From assembly GCA_050012075.1 (NCBI GenBank), contig JBEKHW010000001.1:132766-196765 (forward strand): a DNA stretch of 64,000 nucleotides, written 5' to 3'. The stretch comes from Candidatus Omnitrophota bacterium (lineage in GTDB: Bacteria > Omnitrophota > Gorgyraeia > Gygaellales > Profunditerraquicolaceae). The notes beneath the pieces were generated by a model, which saw nothing but the letters and a program-made list of their open reading frames with translations, did not search any database and was not told the origin of the DNA. Below are positions 1 through 12,000 of the stretch, in pieces (the stretch's first letter is position 1; each line of letters starts with the position of its first letter). The translations under genes and the position numbers were made by a program.

Positions 1-1
1 A

Positions 2-3000
2 TTCTTTGGCGACTCTTTTTAAATCATATCTGTCTTTTTCTGCAAAAGAAGGGATTATTTTCATACCAGTATCGTCTAACCACAGCTTATCCTTATCTAA
101 CCTGTCTGTTAATACTATGTAGCCGAGCGAAGCTATTGTTTTTTCGTATAGTAACACGTATTGCTCTAACTCATTCACCGGATTACTCTTGCCTCTTCTA
201 AAACGCAGTAGCAAGACTACTAGGCTAGCTATACACATTGTTGGGCTGTGTAGAAGTTGATATATTAATCCTGAATCTGGCTTATTAGGTATTTTCTTTA
301 TTTTTTCATAAGTATCTAAAAGATCTTTTTTTGTTTCTGATTTATTTAATAACCAACGCATTGCCTGGGCCACTGCCATGTTGTCTTCTTTTGAGATTTC
401 TTTATTAATATCTCTTATAGTTAAGAGAATCACGTAGTTAATAAAGAAAACTTTTGTCGCAAACATCCTGGAAGTGAATTTCTTTAATTCTTCGCGCAAC
501 TCTGCCGTATCGCCACCCCTATAATGCCGCTCCAAAATCTCAATTGCTTCTTGCAGACAGACAATATTTATCGTATCGTATATCGTCTCTGCCTGCTTTT
601 GGCCGTACACCATTCGCTCATAGACTGCTTTTAAATTACCTAATACTATTGGTGGAGATTCCTCTTTCTTTATTCCAGAATATGCCCAGCGCGGCAATAA
701 TTCTTCCATGATGTACCTACCGGCTTCTTTAATCTCAAGATTATTTTTATTCAATGCTTCAATGCGCGATTTTATTATCCTGGCCAGCGACCGTTTTCGT
801 AGGTGATATGGCAAGACGACATAAGATAAAAATACTGATAAAACCACCACTGCTAATATCGTAAATTCAAGCAGCGAAATTTTACCGTCAGCTGCAAGGA
901 ACTTTTTTATCTGACTTAATCCGCTATCACTGCCAAGGATAAGCGCCAACAATGCAGGTCCGCTATAACAATATAATCCCCTGCCCCCACCCGCCTCTTC
1001 CGCCGGAGAGCTGCCGCGGCCGGTGCCATTTTTTGCCTGGTCTATCCTTTTCCATGCTTCCATGGTATTGCTCAACTCTTCATAAACCTCATCAGCAAAT
1101 CCATCGCGGTTGCCGACATCTTCTACGATAGGAATTATCTCTCCTAGTAATATGAATTCCTTTTCGGCAGAAAGCTGTTTTCCGGCCAAGCTAAATACCC
1201 TCTTTAATAACCCGGCTAATAAAAGTGCTTCGTTGGGTAGGAGGGGCTGCTTGGGGCAAATCGCCCAATAATCCTTTATCGCCTTAACGGCCTTGACTAA
1301 ATCCAAGTGGCGGTCCGACGCATAAACATTACAAAGCCTGTAATGCCCGCTTAGGAGGAATCTCCTGCTTTCGCCGCTAAAATGCACTTCCAGTTTTAGG
1401 CATTCGCCAAACAGTACATCTGCCTCAGACAGCATCTTTTCGGCAGAGTTGTAATCTTCGGCTTTAATCGCCTTATGTACCGCTTTTGTCTTATCGCTAT
1501 ATTGCATTACTTTTGTAATGGCTTCCATTAGCTGCCTCGGTTTCAAACGAAGCTCGATTGGGAAATACACTTCGATGCTTTTACGGACAAAAATATTCCG
1601 CCTTATCTGGAACGAAATCCAGTTAAGCATGTCTTGCCGGCTTCTCTGTACTTGGCGCCGTTCCGAGCTTTCTAAAAGAGAAAACAGGAACTTCACCAAG
1701 ATAACATCCGTGGTTTTAACATGTTCGTGGCTATACCATTTCAGGAATAAACTTAAGGACTCTATAAATAAGCCGGCGGCCTTCTTGAAATTGCCTTCTG
1801 ACGTAGCATTTGTTCCCAAACGCCTATAAGCCAATATCATGAAAGGTATCTCGCAAAGCACCTTTTCGTTAAACCTAGAACGCATCTGTTTATCTACGAT
1901 CTCCCTGGCTGTCTGCAGAAAAACAGCCGCTTCCTTGTATCTGCCTTGCTTCATCCTCTGATGCGCGAAGCGCGTACAAAATTCGCATTCCCACACCTCC
2001 TCGCACGGGCCTTTTCCTGCCGGTGAGCTGCCGCTTCCGCCCGTGGCGCTATCTTCAAGGGTGCCCACCTGGAGGAAGGCCCCAATGGAAATATTCTGGC
2101 CGCTATTCTTTATCAACGCTTTAGTGGAATCTACTAACTTAGATAGAGGCAGCTTCGGCTTGCCGTTTACGCCCATTACAAGGAGTATTTTTGCCAAAGG
2201 CCACTCTGCCTTATCTCCTATAGCGCTATCTATTATGTCAACCAGCTCCATACCTTTATACTTTAACCCTTTTTGCTGGATATCTTCATCGGATAAGACA
2301 GGCAATCGCAAAGCGTTTAATCCTTCCAGTATTGCCTGCCGCAACTGGCGCTCAACTTCCTGTTGTCCGTTTGCTGACGACAGTGTAGGTACTGGTTCAT
2401 CCGTGGGAATAACATCTGGAGGCCTGTAGTAATCGTCATCCCCAATCACGGGCACCTTTCTTAAAGGAATCTCTTTCTTTGACTCTGCCTTAACAGCTTT
2501 TACCGGATGTTTTCTTGTTCCTTTCTTCTCCCATTCTTTCCATTCCTGCCGCAGTTCTTTCAATCCCGCATACATTGATTTCAAAGAAGCCGCTTCTTTG
2601 TTCTTCTTTGCTTCAAGGATCATTATCGCTTCTTCTAATAGCCCTTCTGTAGTTACAAAATCCTGTTCGGACAGGGCCTGGGGTAATTCATCCCACAATT
2701 CTATTAACAGCTCCCAGAAATAGCAGGCCAGATCTATCCGCTGTTCTTCGACAATACTCATCTTTCTTGCCCTATTTTCAGCTGCGATGAGTCTGAATCT
2801 TTCTATCTGCGGCAACTGTTCATCCTGTTTTCTTGCGCCTGCCGCTTTTTTCGCAATAGCCGGAGAGCTGCCGCGCCTACCGCTTGAAAGCGATATTCCA
2901 TCGGGAAATAATTTATCTACATCGATGTCTAACGGCTCTTCCGGGACCATACAGATTTTACCTGCGCGTAAATCAAGCTCAGAAATCTCATTCGCTATCG

Positions 3001-6000
3001 CGATAACAATGTCGAGCCTTCTTGAAAAGAAATAGACCTTAGAAAGTATTCCGTAGGCCATCCGCGCATTATGCAAGATAAAGCCGGGATATTTCGGATA
3101 GTATCGCTTTAGCTCCTTAAGAGTGGTCTTGGCCCACTTTTCTGCTTCTGGCAAATCTCCTGATTGGATACATGCCTCTACAATCTTATGCAGCACGATG
3201 AAGCGGCCTCTCACGTCGCCTGATTCCCTGGATATCTTTTCTAATCTAATTAACTCATTTAACCTTTTGCCGGGATCAATGATTGCAAACGAATTCTTGA
3301 GCCCTTTTTTCACAAAAGGAGTAATGGGCCGCAACCTGGCAGGGCTGTTGCCTTTACTGTCCTCGCCCTGGCCGTAGCCAATATTGTTATTTGTTACGGC
3401 AACCGCGCTACCGGTGGCATCCCCATCGAGCCATTTTCGCCTTATGCTTTTATCAGGAAAGGTGCCTGTCAAAGAACCGGGTTTTTGCGCAATTAGCCTA
3501 TAGGCAGGATTCTTTAACTTATTTTCGAAAGCCAATTCCTGCGCCTCTATATCTCTCCTAAGCTGGGAGCTGATAGCGTCAATTTCCTGTTTGAGCGTTT
3601 TTGCATGCATACCGAAAGAATCGCTTAATTCATCTATGCTCGTACCCATCGCGTATTCAACAAATAGTTTCTGTTTGTAAGCAGGTAATTGCGCCAAGGC
3701 GCTGCGCGCCCTGGAGAATAATTCTAAATCGACGATAGCCCGTTCTGGTGCCTCTTTTTCTGTACTAAAGGTATCCAACCAAGTAGTTACTTTTCTATTT
3801 CCCTCATCTCCATAGCGCGCAGCGGATAAACTGACATTCTCTCGCGAGGCTAAGGAAGCGCGGCTTATAGCATAACCCTTAACCTTAGATCTTACTTTCT
3901 TAAAATATCCGAATTCATCCACTGTCCGCACCTTATATACAGATAAATATTTGCTAAGGATTACATAAAAAGCCAGATTGGCTTCATTAAATAAATCATT
4001 GACCCCTATGCCTTTCAAAGATAGATATTGCCCTTTATAATACCTTCCTTTAAATTCCGAACCCACGGAAAAGGCGGCATGGCCGGTAATATCATAGTGG
4101 GATTTGAGAAATACCTGAGAGGCATTAGTATTGCCTTTTTTAATCTCCCTGCATAAGCGTATTTCGGCAGCGCGGTCAGGCCTTAACTCGTTCTCTTTCA
4201 TATACATGACAAAACCCGGTTCCGACAGCTTGTTCAGCATAATTTTGTCGGTTTCTCCATCGCCGTTGGTAAAGGCCTTGGGATGAATAGCCTCAAGTAT
4301 CCCGTCATCGTAATAATAGCCTCCATTATTTGACGCAGCCAAGATAGGATGCGTATAATCAAGCGCTTCTCCTAAATAGAAATAATCATCCGACAATACG
4401 CCCAATTCTGAAAATATCTGCAGTATATTGTATCTATCAAGCAAATACATTGCCTTTAAAAATACCGTATTTGAATTATTGGAGGGATAGAGGTTTTGAT
4501 AAAGAGCTTCACTCTTTAGATACGGCTCATGCATAACTCTTGCAATAATCCTACGCGCTATCTCAAGCTGGACAAGGCGCGGATGTAAATCTATATCTTT
4601 TAGGCATGGTATAGCGGATAAAAATACTTCCCAAAGCATGGATTGTCTTAAGGGGATATTCTGCTTTTCTTCTTTTTCCAGGCGCATACCGGTAAACATA
4701 CGCAGAAAAGACTTTGCCTGAACAGAGAGCATTTTTCTTTTGCCTTGTAACTCTTCAAAATTATTAAAGGTTACGATGGAGCCGTTGGTATCTTTTAATA
4801 TTCCTGACCAGTACGCCTTATCGTCAATGGATAGTTCAAATCCCTGCTTGTCGTCCTTCAGGCTAAATGCTGTCTTTTGCCTAATTATCTCTTGTAGCTT
4901 TTTAAATCTCTGCTCTTCTTTTTTAGCCCTCTTGCGCCAGGAAGCTAAGGGCGTGCCTTCCTTAATCAATCTATCAACAAACACCTCATTAACATTGGGG
5001 CTATCCATACCATCTATGGCTACAAAAGAACACCATCTGCCTTCGTTTAATACTTCTCTTATATGTTCATCTACGGTATTTTTGGCAATTATGCTGTAGA
5101 CTAAAACCGGTTTAGTCTGGCCAAAACGGTGTTCTCTGTCTGAGGCGTGGTCCATTATCTCAGGCACCCAGTCTTCATCTACAAAGATAGTGATATTTCC
5201 TGCGCAGAAGTTCTTTGACTGGCCTCCGCTCTTTACAGTGGATGCGATTATAGGATGGTCAAAGTTAGGTTCCTGGAATAAAGAAACATCTCTATAATTG
5301 GCGCGCTGCCTGCCTCCTAAGACAGCCAAAGCACCGAGATGGCTATAACGCGCCTGTAGGGCTTTTACTACTTCTCTAAAATTAGAGAAGATGACTATCT
5401 TTTCCTTTCTCTGCAGATGATACTTTACCAGTTCATCCACCTTTTCATACTTGGCAGACGTACAAATTATACCTTCAGGCATATCTTCTACTAAACTCGC
5501 ATCTATGCAGGCTTCTCTACCCCTCATTATCTTGGTCAAGATAATCGCCTTGCTGGGTTTCTTGCCCTCTTTTGCATAGTTTTTGACCCATGATTTAAAA
5601 TCTCCCCAGACCCTGTCATAGACTTTTTTCTGCTCTCCTTTTAATTCCACCTCTACTACGATTTCCTTTTTGGGAGGGAGGTCGCATAAAACTTCCTCTT
5701 TGTAGCGGCGCAGCATAAACCGCCTTAATTCATTATTTAAATTTCTTAAATTTTCAAATGAGCCGGAGAATAACGCGGCAAAGGTTTCTCTTGATTTATA
5801 TCTTTCCGGATAAAGCCAGTTTAAAAGATTGTAAATCTTCATTGCGGAGCGTCCGATAAGAGGAGTAGCGGTAACTAAAATCTTATACTCGGCATCAAAC
5901 TTTCGCAAGGCCTGCATATGGAGAGTTTCGTTACGCATTTCATGTGCCTCATCTGCAATAATAAAGTCGAAATTAAACGACTTTAACCCCGCGACTATTG

Positions 6001-9000
6001 CGTTGTTTCTTAAGCCCTCATAGTGAACAATCACAAAGCGGCAATCTTTGGCTAGTTCAAGCTCCCTGGCTAATTTTTCATTATTTCCCGAGATAACCAC
6101 GGTTTTATTTTGCATCAAGACCTTGGTGAGGATTTCATCCTCCCAAATTTCCTTGGCGCCGTTAGGGCAGACGATTAAGATTTTTTGCGCTCCCCGGCCG
6201 CCATAGGCGTTTAAGGCAGCGGCTATAACCTGAATGGTCTTACCCATACCCGGCTCATCAGCCAGGATAACTCTTTTATTGTCAAGCATAAAAATTATAC
6301 CCGCTACCTCGTAGAGCCTTAAGATAATCTTATCCTTATCTAACCCTTTTATCCTATCTTTGTCTATGTCTTCCAATAGCCGCCGGTAGTATTCCAGTGT
6401 ATTGCCGTAAGCATTTCTGATAATCTCCGAGTTAAGCTGATCTTGCGCTTGCTCATTAAGCTTTTCTAAGAACCGATTATCCCTGACTAAATTCGGATAG
6501 GAAAGCCGGATTATCTCCTGGGTCAGTATGTCAAGCTGGTTTGGCCCGAAAACAACCGGCCATTCTATTTCTCTCATCCTGGTAAAAGATAATGACCGGG
6601 TTCTCTGAGGCATAGCTGCCTTCTTCTCTACATTTCCTCTATCAGCCAAGGCACAAATTGATTTTATGGTATGGGCCAGTTCAGGGCGGCTTAGCTGGTC
6701 GCCATAAAATGCAGAAAGCAAACCAAACGCCCTTTCGGGACGGCCGCAGACATTGGAAATCTTTTCTATCGTGCCGCTATCTACCAGGGAGTCAAGGAGA
6801 GCCTTTTTTGCATCCGTTCTTTTCGTTTGCCTTAAGGCCTTGATTTTTTCTTCAATATAATCCCTGATACCTAAACGAATTAGCCAGCCGTTAATCGTGT
6901 ATACGCTTTCCCCGAAGAATCCGGCTACTTCTTTCTGGGTCATCCTGCGCTCCAGGAACAGTTCTTCCATTTTTTCCTTCAAAAAGTTTGCCTTGTTAAT
7001 CTCAACGAGAGATTCTACAAGCTCTTTTTTTCTTATAAACCCATAGGATTTTAGCTTTTTCATTACCTCAATGAGTTTATATCCGCAAGACTCAAATATC
7101 TGCCGGATTTTCTCTTCAGGTAAGCTTTTCTGTTTCTCTTTCAGCGCCTGGCCTATTATATTCTTTAGCCCTAACTTACCAATCCAATAATCAATGAGAT
7201 AGTTTTGGACGCCAAAATATCCGGCTGTGAGTTCCGCATTGCACCAATCATCCAAATGTACCCTTTCCAGCTCTTTTTTAAAGCTATCCAGAAGCCCTAA
7301 AATACTGAAGATAGCGATGTAATCTAGCCATCTCTCTTGCCTTATTCCTATCCCTTCCATCATCCGTGGAATATTCCAGGCATTATCCTGGCAGAACTTG
7401 GCTAAACCGGAAGGAGAGGTATCTATATTCCTGGTACGCCCTATAAATTCTAATAACCCTGAAGCTATGTTTAATCTCTTGTATAACGCTATTATGGTAG
7501 GCATACTAACACCGAAAATTTTAGGAAGGCTCTTAAAGCTTAAACCTGCCTTTAGATACTCTTCCGGTATCTTGTCGCGGAATTCATCATAAAGCCCTAA
7601 GGAGGCAAATCTTTCCTCTATCATAGGAGAACTGCCTGCTATACCGGCATGGGAAATCTTCTTAAAAGATCTGGCGATATGCCAATTATTTGCTGTTAAA
7701 ATAGCTCTGGCTTTCTCGTTAGGCGGCATAAGTTCCTTTTTCCATTCCCCTACCATAGAAACAGGGATATTGAATTTATGGGCGATTAGATTGTGGTTGC
7801 CGGCCTGCTGACAGTAAACCTTGATAAACTGCCTCTTTAACAGATGTATTGCGCCTAATTCTTCTAATAATTCAATATAAGAGCCATATTCCTTAACTCC
7901 CCGGAGGCGAGCTAACTCTCCACAGGCTATTTCCATATTCCATTTGTGCGCGGTGAAAATGGCTCCTGTCGGTTTCTTCCTGGCTTTAAGACTCTCGGCT
8001 ATCTCCTTATCAATGCCTAAATAAATAAGCCAACGCCTCACCGCAGCCGTACTCACACCGAAAAATCCTGCTACTCTTCCCGGCATCATCCTTTTTTCTA
8101 AGAACAATTCCTTCAATTTGTTCTTTATAAGGAAGGCCTTATTGATGCTGATTAAGAATTCTACTGCCGAGTTTTCTTTTACATTACCGTATGGCTTGAG
8201 CTTAAGAGAAACTTCTCCAATCTTATAGCTGCACTCCTCGAATATCTCTGCGATCTTCTCCTCGCTCAATCCGGATTGCATCTTTTGGAACTCACTGTCC
8301 GCCTTATCTTTTATGCCTAATTCCCTCATTAACATATTGATGGTAGTGTCAGTCACGTTAAAATATTTCGCCATCTTGCCGACTACACAGTTGCAATCTG
8401 AATATACCCGGCTTAGCTCTTTTGTAAAAATATCAAGCATCCCTAACTGGTTAAATGCTTTCATATAGCCAATTGAGTCGCACGTAATGCATAGTTTCTG
8501 CAGAATCAATGGGATATTCCAGGAATTATGCTGACAGAACTTCTCTAAAGAACCGGAGGACTTAGATATTACTTTATGGCGATGCATGGCCTTTATGGCC
8601 TCCGGCTCTAATTGTAATCTTTGCAATAGACTCATTGAGATCCTTATATCTTGACCGAGAGCTTTTGCCAACTTAGTAATGCTATATCCTGCCCTTATGT
8701 ATAATTCCGTCACCTTCCTGCGGAATTCTCCGTAGAGTCCCCAGGAGGCAAAGGCTTCTTCCAAGACATTGCCCCTTCCGTATTTAAATGAAAGCTCTTT
8801 CAGTGACTTGCCAATGTTCCATTTGTTCTTTGCTAAGACACCTCTTGCCTCTTTATCTAGAGGCATAAACTTATCCTCCCATCCTTTTACCGTAGAGGCA
8901 GAGATATTGAATACTTTAGCGATTAGATTATGGTTGCAAAGCTGTTGGCAGTAAACCTTGATAAACTGTTTTTTCAAGATGTGCGCCGCGCCTAATTGTT

Positions 9001-12000
9001 CCAATAATGCAAGGCAAGAATCGTATTTCTCAATCCCATAAGCTTTAGCCAACTCTGCACAGGCCTTCTCTATATTCCATTTGTATGCGGCTAAAATGGC
9101 AAGGATTGCAGTGTCGGCGGAAGGAATCTCCGTCTTACCGCCTATCTTTGCAAGGTATGCCCGTAGATGCACAAAATAAGGTTCAATTTTTCCCTTTAAT
9201 ATTCCGTCTTGTCTACCAGAGAACCCAAAATATCTGGCTGTTTCCTCTAAACTGTATCCTGTGTTGATATATACGGATATAAGCTTTTCATAAGAGATAT
9301 CTTCATAACCGAATTCTATGGGTATATCTAAGGCGCACCTTGCCTGGATTTGTCTGGGTAATCTTGCAAGAACTGCTTCCTTGCCCCAATCTTCTTCTTC
9401 CAAAATTCTGCATAGCTCATCCCTGGTAGGCGGTTGCCCAAAAACCTTCAGGCGCTTATCCGCTAACCAATCGGAGATAGTTGATACGTAAGCATTAAAA
9501 AATAAAGCGGTCTTCCCGATATCCTGGCCGTTGGAAAAATAGACCTGTCTTAGCTTTTCAGCAATAATATCTATACAACCTAATGCCTCCAACCTTTCCA
9601 AGATTCCACCTACGGCATTCACATACGTTCCCAGCTCAATAAATATCTTCTTCGTATCCCAGTGGCAGACTTTATCGCAAAGGTCTTCTATTTCTTTCCG
9701 GGATGGCTGCGGGATTAAATCTGCTTTTAACTTACGCACTTCGCCCTCACTTATAGCAAAAAACTTAGCTATCTTTTCTATAGAGCCTTTGTACCTTTTA
9801 TTAATTTCTCTGAATTTATCTTCAAAAATATTTCTGTGGTCTACGTTTGGAGCCCGGACCGTGATAGTTCCTTCTGATTTTACCGGTGCTGCTACTTCCG
9901 TGGAACGAACTGAAGAGTCAGAAGTATTGAGGACGGCTTGTTTTTTAGGTAAAGGTATCTTGAATCTATAACAGGCTATACGCAACAGAGTATCGCCTCC
10001 TTCTTTTCGGGATTTTTTCAGGACCGAAGAAACATTATTAAGTTGTCCTCCGGGAAGGGTGGCACGCCTGGCCAGTTCTAGCCGGGCTGATTCTTCTGTA
10101 GGATATTCTTCTACTCTATTAGATTTGACAGGTTTAGCCCTGTGCAATATCTTAGGTAACGTCATCTTAAACTTGTAACGAGCTCTATATAATGTAGGAT
10201 CACCGCCTTTTTCACGGGGTTTTGCCAGAGCTGAAACAGTATTATTGAGTTCACCACCGGCAAGGGTGGCACGCCTGGCTAGTTCTAGCCGGACTGATTC
10301 TTCTGTGGGGTATCTATGAGGTTTAATACTGCGGGGTTTATTTGGTAACGCTATGCTCAACTTACGGCAAGCTTTGCATAGCGCATTATTACCCCCCTCC
10401 TTATGAGATCTTTGCAAAGCTGACGCAACATTGTTCAACTTTCCACCTGGAAGGTTGGCACGCCTGGTCAGTTCTTTCTGTGCTGATTCCACTGTGGGAT
10501 ATGCAGGCTTGTTCTGTACGCCGGCAGGGCTGCTGCCCTTTGAAGGCCTATCTAATCTTAACGCCTTTATCAACGCCTCGGCAGAATTCAATCGTAAAGA
10601 GATTGCTGCCTGGCTCGTAATGGGCGTTGCAAGAAGGTCAGCAAAATAATCCAGGCCGTCCTCATCTCCCATCATAAGCAGGGTCTCTGCAATACAACGG
10701 CAAATCTCCGCAGGCATACTACTTGGCTTATCTTTGCCTAATAATTTCTTGTAGTAATCAATGGTATTACCCAAACGTAATGCTTCGGCTGCCGGAAGGA
10801 ATTTCAAGGTAAGAAGTATCGCGCTGCCAAGTAATCCTGTCTGGCCTTCTATCTCTTCAAAATATTCCCTAAGCTGAGTTACCACATAACCATATTCTCC
10901 TATGTCCCTAAGCGAATGCGCGATATCTTGAAACAATAACGTATCCATATTAGTGTCATGTGGGGCGCGCATCGAATATTCGAACCGTTCTTTTAACTCG
11001 GAGACCGCTTCTCCTGCGGGCTCCAGGACAGCAATAGCCCTTAATAAAGCTATCCTGGCGCTTGCCCGTTCAAAAAGCTCTGCTGTAACACTTAGAGGGC
11101 AGGCAAAATGCGTAAGTGCTTCTTTTAACGCAGGCACTAATTCTTCCCTACGGAATTCTGCCGCTAAATCTGCGCTCTGGAGAATAAGTTGCGGATTGTC
11201 GGAACCCAAGAGCCACTGAAGCCACAATAGAGCCCACCCGTCATTGCAGCGCACCAAAGCCTTAGTTACAGCAGCTATCTTCTGTGCCATCCCCATGGCC
11301 CTTGTATCTTGTGAAAGAGGCGGGATATTACTGCATCTTTTGTATAATTGAACAAACCGCAAATCAATTATCTTCTTTTCCTGCTCATCAAACTTCTGTA
11401 AATAAGGAAAGCTGGTTGCCCAGGCTTTGCCGACAGTCACGGCTGTTTGCGGATCTATATGCATTAAAGCCTCTAACGCAATTGCTTGTGCCGCCGTAGA
11501 AATATTTGAAAAAGTGAATATTTTATCTATGTTAAACCTTGCTGCCTGATGGCTAAAATAACTAAGTATAAGTGTCAGCCGAGCAAAAGCAAGATCCTCC
11601 CAGTATTCTTCATGAGAGTTTAGTAAAGAGGAAAGCACCACCTCCATGGAGGCAACAATGTCTTTGGTAGCCGCTGCCTTGAAATGAATTATTGCCAAGG
11701 GTAAGCGGTAATCTTTAGCCAGTCTTATGCCGTAAGAACGGGATTCAGAAAGGAACTGTTGCAGTTCTTCGGGGTGTTCTTGATAATAAAGGAAACTTTT
11801 CTTGCGTGCTTTGCTGTTTGGCCCAGTACAGAGCTCTTCCAGTATGTAGCGGAAGAAATCATTGAGGATAGCGCAGGGCTTGTTGACCGTATTCCAGGCA
11901 ACCTGGATGATACCGGAAACTGCTTCTCCTGGACCGATTGCCCGGACTATAATCTCGCCTAAATAAGTTTGGCCAGCTGCCAGATGCGGAGAAAATGCGG

